A stretch of DNA of 64,000 nucleotides, taken from NCBI GenBank assembly GCA_002633005.1, contig NMRA01000074.1, positions 140,791 through 204,790 of the forward strand. The letters are read 5' to 3'. The notes under the pieces were generated by a model. That model did no database searches. It was not told where the DNA came from and saw only the letters and a list, made by a program, of their open reading frames with translations. The translations under genes and the position numbers were made by a program. Shown in pieces: positions 1 through 14,800 of this stretch (positions are counted from its first letter, which is position 1; each line of letters opens with the position of its first letter). Source of the DNA: Phoronis australis. Its lineage: Eukaryota > Animalia > Phoronida.

Positions 1-334
1 TCATGATTTTCATGAATACTACGAAAGTAATACATAAAATGGGAACAAAATAATTTAGAAAACTGTAGTAGCATCTTTTATATTTCACATTAAACATTTG
101 ATCATGTTGTTCACACTGTAGTTTTATTTTGAATTCATGAATTTTACTAAAACACATGGTCACATGATTCAGTTAATTGCACAATCAGATTAATTTTGGT
201 AAAAAGTAAAAAATCTACAGGCTTTTTACTTTCAGGAAATATATACTTAATGTACTGGATTTATTAAAAAAGAAAATAATGCTTGAATTTCAATCTCATG
301 CAAAACCTCCCAAGTACATGCATTTCCACAAACA

Positions 335-349
335 GCCACCAGGTGGCAG
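335..349 (+). promoter_or_regulatory. CTCF-consensus motif (intronic)
   Basis: GCCACCAGGTGGCAG matches CCACYAGRKGGCRS; binding untested. Confidence 0.4.
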
Positions 350-495
350 CTCAAGTCAGTGCCTGACAACTCTCTCACTGAAGTTGGTAAAATTCAACCT
401 CCTTTAAAAAAAGAACAAAATATGAACCAAGAGTAATAAGTTGGAACTAAAATACCACTACCACGATTTCACCATCAAGAGAATCTAGTAGTTAC

Positions 496-681
496 CTGGT
501 GACAATTTTGTCCTTGTTTTCGGAAGGCCTTGTTACTTTCCACAGTCGAACAGTTGCATCATCAGACCCTGTCACTAGGTGGTTACCAGTGGCAACCATG
601 GAGTTGACACCCCTGTCGTGAGCCACCCAGCTATGCACACAAGAGTGTTCAGTGGGATTCCAAATCATTACTATGCCGTCC
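496..681 (-). CDS. TEP1: TEP1 exon (WD40; last in window, ends at a donor)
   Basis: DGIVMIW...AHDRGVNS...[11 protein letters not shown]; AG|GTAACT donor, so further exons probably lie outside the window. Confidence 0.9.
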
Positions 682-3600
682 CTTAAAGTCAGTGAGGCAG
701 TATGGTTATTAAGTATCAGTAAATAAGCATCCCTGTTCATTTACAAAACTAACATAATTATCATAACCCATAATTCATTCAAACTTAATCAATTTCCCGA
801 AAAAATATTTAAAACTGACATCTTTCATTCCCTCTTGTTAAATAAATGATCAGATAATTTTCCAATTGTACAAACACTGCAATCCTATAAAACCATGATC
901 TTGAATTCGTAGTTATGATAAACTAGGCAAACGAACGAAAATTAAGTTCAACATTCCAATACAATCTTCAATGCTCCTAATTCAGGATTTCTGTAGTTGC
1001 TAAAATTATACACTTATGTCTATTAATCTGAAAAAAAACCTTAGACCATCACCAACTGGAATAACATGATGAAGACAACTAACGAGATGTTGAGGTGTAA
1101 GAAATTTACCTGGATCCAGTAATCACGCATTCATCACCTCCCATCTTAAGGTATGAGAAAGCAAGAGTGCACGTGACCTCTGCTCTATGACCTCTGACCT
1201 CCTTAACTGACTCCAGAGTTGGCTGCCACTGCTTAACTGTTCCGTCCAATGAGCTGGACACGATGCGACCTTCCCTGCTGCTCGCTACGGCAACCACTCG
1301 ATCTGAGTGACCAGATAGACAGGCCAGTTCATTTGCCTATACGAGACACGCAATTTTTTTTAGTATGTCGATTATTGTAAGGTGCAACCTGTCAAAACCT
1401 TTTCAATTAAACTCTTTGAAATATATTTAACATACACATATGAGTACCATAGGTATTGTGTGTACTATTAAGACTCATGTGCTAGAGTGTGTGAAGGAAC
1501 ACTCACCTATTATCTCTAATTACCCTCAAAAACAAAGGAGAAAATTATTGAAATAGCATTTGAGTGAAGATGGACTTATCATAAATACAAAACGACAACA
1601 AGTTCACATGCATTCATGAAAATTTACCAAATTTTCAAATGAGAAGCACAAAGAATAGACAAGACACCGAGACAATATCCATTTTCAAATGGGAGTTTTC
1701 ATTGTGTGTTAAAAAACATTGTGCATGAACAAGAGATAGCCACCTGGCATAGTTGCAAGCACCAATATGCAAAACAATGGAAGCATTTTTTTTCAAAAAA
1801 GTTGCATTACTAAATTGGATATTGACCTTCAATACACGCATATCCAGCTGATATATAAAAATAATCACTAAAATATTCATTCTACTGCCATTTATTCTGC
1901 TACTCCTGGCAAAACTAGTGCAATAAGTGCAGTGACCAGTGAAAAGACTGGTGATAAACCTGGGGTCACCAATTCACGGCCACTCCCCATAAAGCTAGGC
2001 TATGTCAACTAGGCTATACAAATGTTTCGCGATGACATGTCTGGCACTATTATTACAGGATTTGGAATTGCAAATAGTCACTCACTTCCAGTGGCTTCCA
2101 AATTTTAACCGTTCCATCGTCAGAGCACGTGGCCACCAGCACGCTACTGATCTTGGCAGCAACTTTGACTTTAACCTTGTCATGTTTTGCTTTCCATTCA
2201 CTTGTGTCCATCTCCACTGACCAATCAGTCATCTGGCCTTCTGTCTGCGACAAGCTGTCATCTGTAACATGGCAAAAGGTGAATGTAACAGAAGGTTGTG
2301 TTCACATAGCTTTAGAGGAAGTCAGTCATTTGTGCTTTGTTTTGTGCCTCCCTTTCAGGCCATGGAAATGATACCATGACTGGGTCTCCAAATACCAGCA
2401 CTTGGTTCCGAAATCAGAGACAAATAGCAAAATACTACCATGAAATAAGGCATATTTTTTAAATTCTTGCGCACTCAATAACGTGATGCTTGTCATAATG
2501 ATAAAAATCAACGAAAAAACAGATTGGATATAGCACAAGACATTGTATTTTTAAGAGAAGAGCTTGCACTGAAGTCAGCAGAACAGCCGGATGTGTGCTC
2601 TGCTGGCAGTCAGCTCAAACTTAGCAGACAAATTGTCCCTTTTTCCACCCGGTAGGCAACACGTTTCCATGTTCGTGACCTGTGTTGTAGGATGCACTTT
2701 GTATTCCTCTGTCACATTAAACATGGACATGCATGAAAGTCCGAAACCACAGGACCCTCTTGTTTAGATTCGTGCCTTCTTTGCCAATGGTTACACTCAA
2801 CACTGTTGCCAATACCTGGCTGGTCTTTTGTGATGACCGCTATATCACAGCTGTTGACCCTCTGAGTGTGACCGTAGAGTGTGGTTATCTCTGTCCCTTT
2901 GTGTGACCATACCTTCACAGAGCCATCGTTACATGAGGATACCACACAGCCATGCTGGAAGATTAAGGCATAGCCAACTACCATCAAACTGTCGACCAAC
3001 TTACACAAGACAGATAGTAGTAATTATGTGACCGTCAATTAATTATTGATGATTAGAAACTTCAAGGTAAATTGCTTAGTGAAGGACATACAATGCATAT
3101 ATAACATTCTCCCGTAAGGCCAGAGTACAAGCTGATCTGTCTGCTTAAAGTGAACGATGGCTGAGCTGACAGACCCCATTAAGGCACGAAAACACATTTA
3201 AAACAATTGAATGAACAGGCCACTTGTTCATTCAATAGTTCTCACCTTGATGTGAGTTTGCAGATGGCTCACCAAGCAGTTGTTTACGATGAGGCTTCTA
3301 GTATGACATTTTAGCAAGTTTCATTGCACTCACCAACAGATCAATATTACCACAGACTGTGAAATTGAAATACTTGTATTTACACTTAATTTACATTGGA
3401 CATATCTCAATAAGTTGGTGAATTAAAACTTAGCATGCACATGCCTCAGATAAAATATCAAGGACTGTCTTGGAGAGTGTTACATGAATGATTTGTAAAA
3501 ATGATTTGATTTACGCTCAATCAAAGGAAACATCAGCAATCAGAATCTTTTTAAAGCAATTTCCAAATGTTTGATAATTACAGTAAATAACAATCTAAGA

Positions 3601-6600
3601 CACTTTTTCCCCTTGGCCATTGATTATAATTAAGTGACTGACTGTGCAAGTTATTTTGCAAATCTACCCAAAGACTAAAGAAAACCAGACAGTATAAACT
3701 GCCAACACACACCTTCTACTGTTGCGATGCCCCTTGCTTTGCATCTCTTGCAACTAAAGTGCTTATTGTGTGATTTGGCCTCGCGCGCGAAACATTGTGA
3801 AAAGGCTCCACCTACTAATTAACGAATAGCTTTACCTCGTTGCACATATCTGCTATCAATGACACATGTACGATAAACAATTAATGAACATGTAATCTAC
3901 CTTGTAACCCACAGCTGATATTGATGATGTGTGTCCTGTCAATTTAATTTTCTCTTTTTTGGTCTTAACATCCCACAGCTTCAGATTGAAATCATTGGAA
4001 GCAGTTACCTATAAAAATAAACAAACTGCTACTTGAAATTCACGTACAATGAAACATCATGGGACTTGGCAACAAAGCGCACCTGGTGTCAGACTAATGA
4101 ATTATGGCGTCTCCATTTATTTTGTACAAAATAAATTATTCCAATAGTTGAGGAGTGTGAAATAAACTGAATTTTTGGACTTTGTGATTGACGAGCGTGC
4201 AAAATTAACTGAGTATCTATCATCCCTAACAACCTTTTCACCAGGTGTTCAACAACATGAGATATCCACGTGAATGGAGGAAAGAAGTGGTGCATATAAA
4301 ACACTTAGACGTTATTAGCATGTCAATTAAAAAGGGTTAATTACTAGGGTTTTGATATCAAAACAATGCATTACGTGAGCCCAGGTGAGCTGTGTGGACA
4401 GACGTTGGTGTTCTTACAAGTTGGGGCTTGATATCAGAAAATGAGTGGAGAACATGTTATATTTACAACAAGGTCACTGATATCAAGCAAAAACATAACA
4501 CACAATATCGGGCCTGATAACAAGCCAGTGTGTTACCCACTTACAATATGGTCACTGATATCAACCAAATACATTTTTATTTAACACACAATACTCGGCC
4601 TGATAACAAGCCAATGCGTAAATATGTACTTACAATACGGTCGCTGATATCAACCAAATAGTACATAACACACAATACTGGGCCTGATAACAAGCCAGTC
4701 CATTATGTACTTAGAATAAGGTAGCTGATATCAACCAAATAATTATATAACATGCAATACTAGGCCTGATAACAAGTTGTCATTATGTACTTACAATATG
4801 GTCGCTGATATCAGACCATGCACAGCCAGTAATCCAGTCAGCATGACATGCGTGTAACACACACTCAGGCTGGGAACTGCTGGAGATATCAGACAAACTC
4901 CAGAGGATAAGTGACTGAAAGGAAACGGGAGATGCTATGTTGAAGATTTGATGGACTGAACATCACCACAAAGACATAACAGACGGCATTACCAACACAA
5001 TATACAACATGGAAGAATAAAAAAAGAAACTTTTACTTTATTATTAAAAGTTTACTTTAAAGCCATGAACCTTCTTTCCAAATAAATGATAAACGTTTTA
5101 ACACAAAATCCAGATGTTGAAGAAAACCTTTTAATTAGTTGCAACAGAAATGGGATATTTAATTTGCAAAAAGAAATATCATCAATATTATGTGTTTGGT
5201 TTTGATTACAGACATATAAGTTGTATTGTTTAGATCAAAATAATCCATATCAAAAATTGCACCCACTTTCAATTGGATTGAGTGAAAAAAATTTTTGAGA
5301 CTTTGTGAAAATCTCATATTATTTTGGAATGCGTTATTATTGAGTGATTCAATATTGAGTCTTGAAAAGACAACGCAATCTTTTAGCAAAACTGTTCATA
5401 ACAATGTGTACACAACATGAAGCAGTAACTGGTCAGTTACACAGCGCAAAGGTCATGTAACGGGTCACGAGGGAATACTTGGTAATTCAAATATTCCTGA
5501 CCAGTTAATTCATAATGAATGAGCATCATTTCAAAATGTAACCATACCATGTCTCTGCTGGAAGTCACCAGTTTTGTTTCATCACTGTTGAACGATACAC
5601 CGGTGACTGGTCCTGTGTGGCCGCGCAATATGATGCTATCTCTGAAAAAACACGACGACATGTAAAGGATATCGAGAGCTGTTTAGTGAGCCTTACCGTC
5701 TAGTTGGAACATCCTCTTTTACACAATGGTGAGTCGTGAAATAAGGCAAGGTAACACTACTTCAAGACTAATGGTTACACTGTAATCAGTGAAGAGCTCA
5801 AGACTCATGTGACATGTTGCAAAGTTAAAGCAAAACATTCGACATTAAGCTATTGTGTGAAACAAAAAGATCCCAAGCAATATCCATATTACTGAGATGG
5901 TGCTCAATATAGCTTTAATCAGATAGCCAACAACGTTAAATCTTTATTTAGTAGCATTGCAAAGCACTAATTAATTGTGAATTCAATGTCAAGTTCACAG
6001 ACTAATTTTACAGGCTTTCTGCCTTTGTCTCTATTGAACTGGTAAGACATTACTACACTACCATTCATTGCATTGTATTGCAGCTGGAGATTTATTTCAT
6101 TTTGTGCTTTCTTTAACCTCAGCCCACCAAGATATCAAAATGTTAGTGAAATTGTGATACAGAATAACACTGACACTGATACAGATGCCGATGCAGATAA
6201 CAACTATTATACTAACCGTCCAGTCCACATGCCACTGGTAGCATTATGCACAGATACTGTGAAGTCGTCAGAACCAGCAGCAATCAGAAACTGGCTGCAG
6301 GCAAGTGCAAGAACTGCCTTGTCATGGCCTTTCAGCTTCATAGTGTCACGAGTGTTCACATCTATTGTCTAGTGCAAAAATGGAAAGAAACATAAAAATG
6401 AGTTACCGAATAACAAAATAGAAAGTCTACTTCACAGTGATGAAAGAAACTGACAGACTTGAAATAATGTGTCCTGAGGAACCCGGTGTCAGAAGTATAG
6501 GACATTCATGAGTTTTTAGGACATTCATGAGTTTTATTAACAGGTGCATTGTGCAAAGGACCCAGCACAGTGGCCTGGGCAGGCCTGCTGGATAAGACAA

Positions 6601-9600
6601 CTATCGGAAGATTTACTGTCAAAGTAGCAAAACAAAGAAATTCTTGCTATTTTCGTCCTTAGTGCCGCCTCGTGAATAACCAGACAAGTGAAAATATAAG
6701 TCTCATAGCTCACATGTATCGTGCCCTCGCCATAGCCGGTGACCAATTGATCCTGACCCTTCGTAAACTTAACACAGTGCAGTGGGGTGGCGCTCAATGT
6801 GCACTCAGACTCCAAGTCACCTACCAGAATGAAAAATAAGACATAGTATAGTAAGTCCAAGATAAGAATCAAGAATGCTATCATTCCAAATTCTGTCACT
6901 AAATAATAATTTTCCTTATGTACCACTGCATCCTAATACTCTCCCCCTACCTGACTCTGCATCAAACAAGCGAAAGGCTCCATCGTGGTAACCAATGGCA
7001 ACCAACCGGCCATCTTCACTTAGACACACACAGAGGGCAGCACCAAATTCCTCACTGCCAATAGACTTTAGCTGCTGACCCAAGTGACCAGACCAAACCT
7101 AAACAGGACAGACAACACCAATTATCAAATGGTAATAATACAAGATCACTATCCCAAAGTCAAAAAGTACATAACCATGAATCTTGTAAACTGACATGAG
7201 TAAATATTAACGTGCATCAGTTTTACATTTTTATCTCAGTTTTGCATTTTATTGAATTGATAATTTTACCTGCAACAAATTATCATTCATTCAGATCTCA
7301 CTTAGGTGCAACATTTTTACAAAATTAAGTTGAATTGGGGTTTGCTATAAACTAAGGCTTGGAGCTGTAATGATCCATGACAAAAAAAGAGGAAAATTTT
7401 TACCGCCCCAAATACACAGTGCAATCTAAACAACCATATCACAACATATCGAAAGTAAATATTATTATCACAAGATGCCCTGTAACTGTGCTGTGTTGGC
7501 AAAACGCACTCATTTAAGCAGTACCTGACATCTATTTCAGTAACAATAATGAAGGCAATTAGATGCAACAAAAGATGTTTTTTAAAATTAAAATAACGAA
7601 GATAATGATGCAAAATTTGCAGTGTGAGTGACAGAAGGTTATTCTTGATTTGCTGCAGGGAGATCTATAAAATTATTTTAAGTTCTTACAATTATGATAC
7701 AAAATTATTTTAAAAATTTGAAAATCAACCTAGATTATCTGAAAAGCAAGCCTGAAATACATAGTTACACATTTAATTCCAACCAAAAATTTAATTCCAA
7801 CGCAATGGAAAAAAGTCAAGACGAAAACCTGTGGATCATACTATTAGCATGGAAAAAATGAAAGTTAAAAACAAAATACTTTAAACTATAGAACACATCA
7901 ATCATAATCCTAAGTTGGCCAAACTGTTCAGTAATTAAAAAAGTAATATTTACAGGAGATAATTGTTCATAAGCCACGCTGGTGTAGAACAAACTATGTG
8001 ACATAAGAAATAACTACAAGGACACTCAAAATAGGCTAGCAGAATTTGTAAACAATGGCTTGGACCAATCAGATCATTCAGAACCTGCCACGTGACCATT
8101 CTCTCTTGAACTCGAGTCGGTCAAAATAAGACTTTTTAACAAAAATAAAACATGAAAAATGGAATACATCAACGGCAACTTAAAACACATCTGCAGTTGT
8201 AACAAAAAAAGCACTTTGTATCCCGTTTCGGCAGCGCGTGGAAAATCGGCGGACTCGGGTCTAGCAGCCAACTTGGCAACTGCCGGCATGGGCTTGCACG
8301 TGGGATCAAACAAAACAATTTCATACATCACTCACATCCCACGATTTCAATCCAACGAATTGCAGGTTACAGTTGAATTTCCTCTCAGAAAGCGTTTTTC
8401 TTTCTTGTGTTTCATCGTTTTCAGGTAGTTCTCCACGATTTGGCCATGCACGCCGTAATTGTCCCTCTGTCAACGTTTACAGAGCGTAAACCCAGACCTT
8501 TGTTGTTTGCGAACANCATTGACCGTTTCTGTTATCCACTTTTTCCACGAAATATTCTGTCTACTCCAAGCTCCACGTATTTTTGGCCACAGAATCGCAC
8601 TATTTGTCTCCGCTATTAATACCACATGCAGACGCCATTGAGGAACCACGCAATTCCAGGTGCCCGGCAATTACCATTTTCGTTCCTCCAAAACATAAAG
8701 AGCAGTTTCTGCTTTTCTAGTCGTCAGCAACGTCGCGGTTAGAAACCAATTTGCGGAGAAAATTTTATGGCAAATCCGATTTTTTCCATGGAAATATAAC
8801 AAAAATGCGGGGAAGGAATTACAGATAAAAGCGGAAATCCGCGTTTCCGCGGAAAATTCCAAGCCTTGACAAACATATCTTCTCCTAATCACAGTTTTGA
8901 GAGACATTGCTTGCTCAGACAAGTAATCACAAAGTAGTGCACAAGAGCATTAAAATGTGCGACAGTCTCTTCAAGCTTAAAATTATTTGTGCATTAGATT
9001 GGTAGCACTTTTCGGAGGTATGATCTTATTTCTCCAAATTTAATTGAAAAATTTATTGATATGACTGGGACCGTTAAAGGAATGAATTTGCCCAAACTGT
9101 AAACTTGCCTTTATCTTGTTGTCGTCGCCGACTGTAATCAGTTCATGACCCGTTTGGGAGAAGGTCAAACTGTTAATGGGCAGAAGGTGACCAGTGATGG
9201 AGCCCACCTGAAAACACAGGTACAAACAGGTGAATCAGGTGTGCTTCAGATATTCATGATGATAAAGCACTGACATTAGCAAATGTTTCAAATGAACAGT
9301 GTTCAATACAGAGTACTTCATTCTGTATGTCATTGAAAGTGAATGTACAAACAAGTGCTTGTTGGCTGTTTCAGGTATGACACTGTTGTCACAAGCTGTA
9401 CTCATACATTTACCATAATCTAAACGAGCAGCTCTCTTACCACACTGAACACAATGCTGAATGACTTTGCCATGGTTGGCTGCTGCTCAAAGTGCGTCAC
9501 AATAATAATCAATCAAGGCGATATCTCAGTAGCGATTAATTAGCATATTCTCACAAAGTAATTACGGGTATTGCTATAAAGTACAACACAGTTTGGCATT

Positions 9601-11803
9601 CATAGCCATTTTGATGTAAGTTAACGCTCTTACAGATACAATAATAAAGATGTACATTTATTAGTTTGAAAAAAAAATCAATATATATCTTCTTATAGAA
9701 AACAAGTGACTACTTTTGCAGCAGCCTTTCTTGTAGACAGAACCTATTAAAAACAACTACAGAGCTGTCTTTCCAGGTTAATACAGACCAGCTAGAACGC
9801 AGAGCATTATGCCTTTAACTTCTCGTGAACAACTTTTTCACTATTTTATAAGGATCCGAATGTAACTGTACTGAATGTATACTGCAAATAACGCATATAA
9901 CTTCACATAGCCTTTGCCAATATCAATTAAAAAACTTGATTTTCACCTATTTTAATTATTAAGCACAAATATATTATATTATACAATCATGTTTTAAAAA
10001 AACTGACAGTCACTACCAACCTGCGAGCCATTAGTGGCAGACCACAGTTTGACTTCCCCATCCAGAGCAGCCGAGGCAATGTGGCGTCCACTGGCAGAGT
10101 AGGCAACAGCTCTGACCGAACTTGTATGACCTCGCAGTATCTATTAGGGCAAAGGAAACAGAATTAAAGTACAAACTTAAGTCACTTTTATCTGAACAGC
10201 AAATTAAAGCCTAACATTGTTTATTTATGATGAAAGCAAATATTCAATCAAGCTGCGTTCACATTTAACAGAGAGGTAATGTAATGTTCTGCACTTTAAA
10301 GCATTCCAGCAAAATTTAGCAAACACCACAACAGAATACAAGCCAGACTCTAAACATAATCTAAATTGGTCCCACGTTTCACAATTTCATCCTAATGAAT
10401 AATTGTTTTTCAATTCATCTGCTACACAATGAATAGTCCTGAAACCGTAAAATTTATTTAACAGCAAAGCATCAAACAACCAACCCCTTTACGGATCATG
10501 TGTAGTATGTCCCATATCTTCAGAGAACTGTCCCAGCCACCTGTCACTATCAGCTGACCTTCGGGATGAAAGGCCACACAGTTGACAGGTTGTCTACAAT
10601 CAAACAAAACATGTCATGTTGCCCCTGCACTAGCTAAAAGCAGAGAACAACCCAATGCTAACAATACCATGAGTATAAAGAATATAATGTACTCGACACA
10701 CACTAGCTTGTCTGAAATGTACTAGCTAAATTCATTACAGATGTTAGGTTTTCAACATGAAGAATGAAACTTGTTTCACACTGATCGCAGACAAATAATG
10801 AAGGTGGAAAAAATTTTGGGATATCTGCATTCAACATTTTACTTTTCACTAAATTGGAACAGAATGGGATATTTAATTCCTCAGCAACTTTCATAATTAT
10901 GTTCCTGACTCATCATTTGACTAAAACTGCTAGTCAAAAACTGCTCTCATCCAAAAGACGCCCTGTCTGTTCTGAATCGAGCAGCTCTAGATTAAATGTG
11001 AAATTCTCTCTTCAATCTTCCAACCAACACAACACCTATTTCTCATCCTACACACCACATGCCCCCTATCTCTTGTACTCACTCTTCTCCCTTCAGTATG
11101 TTTGGCTTCATTGCCTGTCCAGTTGTTCCATCCCAGACCATAATGCCACAATCCCAACCCGTGGACACCACCAACCGACCGGCAGCATCTGCAGAACACG
11201 AGGTCACTACTCGACTGTGACCTTTCATCACTGCAATCCTGAAATGACAATGTTTAACATAAGGTTTGGTGCCAATTGTTGGCTGAAAGTCTTTGGAGCA
11301 GATACACATTTTAGGAATCAAAGATAGTTTATGTGGCTGTAAATTAAGTTAGCAACCATGATACACTTAATTTACACATCCACTGGTGTCCAGGTATACT
11401 GCTAAGTAAATATGCTGAAGAAATTAAAAACTTCCCATTTCACAGCCTTCAAAAATGGCCAAAATAGTTATCTCGCACTGAGGCAACACACAAAGTGACT
11501 TAATGTCACAATGTGACGATCTGCTATAGTTGGAACTTGGAGTCAGTACAGCGGGACAGTTCCGTAACACAAATGAACACCATGAAAAAATCTAGCCCAA
11601 CGTTTTAAAACATCCATCAGCAAGATATATCTACTAACCTGTGTCCATCGTCCATACTCCAGAGACTTAAGGTACTGTCCTTGGAGGCACTACACAGGCG
11701 ATTACGGCCCACAAAGCACACGTCAGTGATGGAGTGGGAATGACCGATAAGAGTCCTTAGTTCCTGTAATGATAATGAAAAACAATAACAACAACAATAC
11801 GGC

Positions 11804-11835
<32 letters not shown>

Positions 11836-14800
11836 AACACAACAACAACAATGAAAACAACAAGAAGAGGAAGAAAATTTAAGTGGATTATGTCACCAGG
11901 AGTCATTTCAATGAATGCGACTATGGTAATCCCAGTGAATAGAGGTCAGACCCTAATACCACCCAAGGTGAATAATTTTGTAGTGGGAGCTCATGACAGG
12001 GATGCAGATTACTGTGGATTCATTTCCCAAGATAGTCCGAATAGTTAAAACATTGTCTGGCTTAATTTTATTTTAAAATTTTTGAAAAATATGTCTTTTT
12101 TTAACAAGGTCAGTTTTCACTCATCTAACACAATTAATAACACCACTATCAATATCAACAACCATCACTTACTGCTAAACAATGACAAGAAGCTCAATAA
12201 TTTAAAAAAAACAATGTAGTTATAATTATTAATAAACCACAGACCCATAATGAGTGCTTTTACTTCATTATCAACATGAGTCCCTAAACACTTATTTGTT
12301 AGAAAAAACCAGTTAGCATACATCTACAGCACAGTGATTTAAAAGTAACAGTATGTTCCACAAGAGAACCCTTAACCATTAACCTCACCTTGCCAGTTGT
12401 CAAGTTGTAGAGTTTGACGACACAGTCCATAGTGCCACAGGCTAGTACTTGACCATCTGTAGACACAGCTACGCATGTCACTGGCTAAGAATAACATCGA
12501 AAAAATTAGTCAAATAATCATGCCACGAACAATATATGGAGTCACGGAGAAACTGCCATTTTTCTTGTTTACCTGAACTCATGGTATTAGACCTAACCAG
12601 ATATTAAACAGAATTATTCTATCTTTCTTTCATGAATAAGTTTACAGCTCGATTTACCTCAGGAAAGTTATCCAAGGTGAGAATACATGGATTGGTCTTG
12701 TCTGGTTTGTTAACCCACTGAACCAGATGGAGGTCAGAAGTCATGACTCTAGAATCAAGAAGGTCGTGTGCATCCTTATTTGGCTGTGAGGTATCTGGGT
12801 CATTGAAGGCTTGCTGCCAAATCAGAGCAGGGCTTTGCGATAGGATTGTCATGTTTCTTGATACAAACTGTTTGTAGTCTTGTACAGTTGAGGAAGCCAA
12901 AAACAGGTTTCTGTCCTGAGATACACGAGTTTGTTTGCCTGTGGGAACAGAGTAGATAAAAATACAAAACCAAAACATTCTTAAGCTGTAATCACATCTA
13001 CTATACTGGAGATGGGGGAGAAATATCCATTTCATGTAAGATTGTTTGACTGATTTACAACACAAAGAACTTCTAAATTAAATGATTAATGTAGGACCTT
13101 AGAAAAATGTCCAAATTAGGTTAACTCTGCAATTCATATTCAGAAATGGCTGACCAAATTCATAATATGCAACTTTCAGATACTTTTGAATGCTGTCAGG
13201 ACATTGTTTTTAAGTTGATCAATTGTTACATGAGAAGCTATCAAACATTATATCACATTTATCATTTTTACGAAAAAAAATTGAAAGCCGCATGAAAGGA
13301 ATAAATGGAATGATAAAACTGCAACAGTGCTTTTGTGATTTCGTCTTGAACATTAAATGCTTCAAATGACATGTGTTGTGTTATTGATACCGTTTTTAGC
13401 TAATTTTTGCTAAATTTTACTAAAAAGATTTGACCATCTGACCCAATTAATGGCATATAGATATAAAGTTCAATATCAAACTCTACATGCTTTCTACTTT
13501 CTGGTAAGTTAAACTATACAGTTTTGTACCTGCCTGGCTAAATGCACACTCAGGCTTGTCTATAAGGTCTTACATAACCTTAATGACACAGTACACTAAA
13601 ATGTGATACAAGCTGGCAGTTAAGAGAAGACTTTAAGTTTTCATTTTATATAGTCCTGCATCTCACAGACTTTAAATGCCATGGGATCAATCCGTTGCTT
13701 AAACAAATCACTGAACATGTCTCCCACGCTGCACAATGAACATGACACTCTCATAACTTATCAAGTTCACATACCCTCGGATGCAAAGTCTTCCAGCAAC
13801 TGAGAACCCAGTCCCAACATGAACTTGCGCTGGATGAAGGACAGGTTACATAGACATGACTGAAGGTAGCGCCAGTTGCTAGAGCAGACCTAGCAAGAGC
13901 AATGAATCAGTCATCTTCAAATGAGATAATTTTACCAACAGAACTGATCATAAATTGATGATTGAAGTGATCATAAGCTACCATTAAACTGTATGGCTCC
14001 AAGCATGTCTGTACCTTGTGGACAATAGAATTTAACAAAAAAAAGACTATAATTATTATAGTAGTAAAGCATTAGATCTGAGTCAAAATTAAATATTCAA
14101 AAAAATTTGGACTACCAATTTTGACCTAAATGTGACAATTTGGTCAATTACTCATGAAATGAAATAATGGAAATCAATGGCAGGTGGCTACAAAATACAA
14201 TATGCAAAAAGAAATTTTCCTTCTTTTGAATCACAAATTGTGAACTATCACCTTTTATGGCAAGTTCCAGCATCCACACTACAGGACAACCCTCACTTCA
14301 AGAACAAGACTTGCCACAAAATTAACAATTTCTGTCCGAGACTACTTACCAAATGGAAAGGAAGTTCACTGAAAGCTTTCAGTGACTGTCCTTGAAAGGT
14401 ACTATCTCTCTTTGGATCAGCAGCATGCAGGAAATAGCCTAGAGAAAGATTAAGAACCATCACTTCCAGCTTCAATGAGCACGCAGGTCAAGCGGAATCT
14501 TGTTGCATTAAAAACTGACTAAATTCACCATTATGAAGTTGAGTTTTCACAGATGCAGAAAACATAGAGATTCAAACCTAGACATCCTCTGCTGAATTGA
14601 TTACTCAGTGACAAAAAGCTCTTTAATATCATTCCTAATACTAAAATGTTATGGTTGGTAAACAAACCACAGCAACTCCAGGGCAGCAAACAAAAACCTC
14701 TACCCTGTCTTACCGGCCAGCAGAGTGTGAGCATGCGTCTCCCTATCAGTTCCCGCAACCCCCAACAGGTAGCGCTGACGGACAGCCTGGGACATGTGAC

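Noticed and set aside
10854-11327. Plus-strand ORFs overlapping exons (also 25434-25838, 31404-31832, 57826-58399)
   Set aside because: Antisense shadows of TEP1 exons with no recognisable domains.
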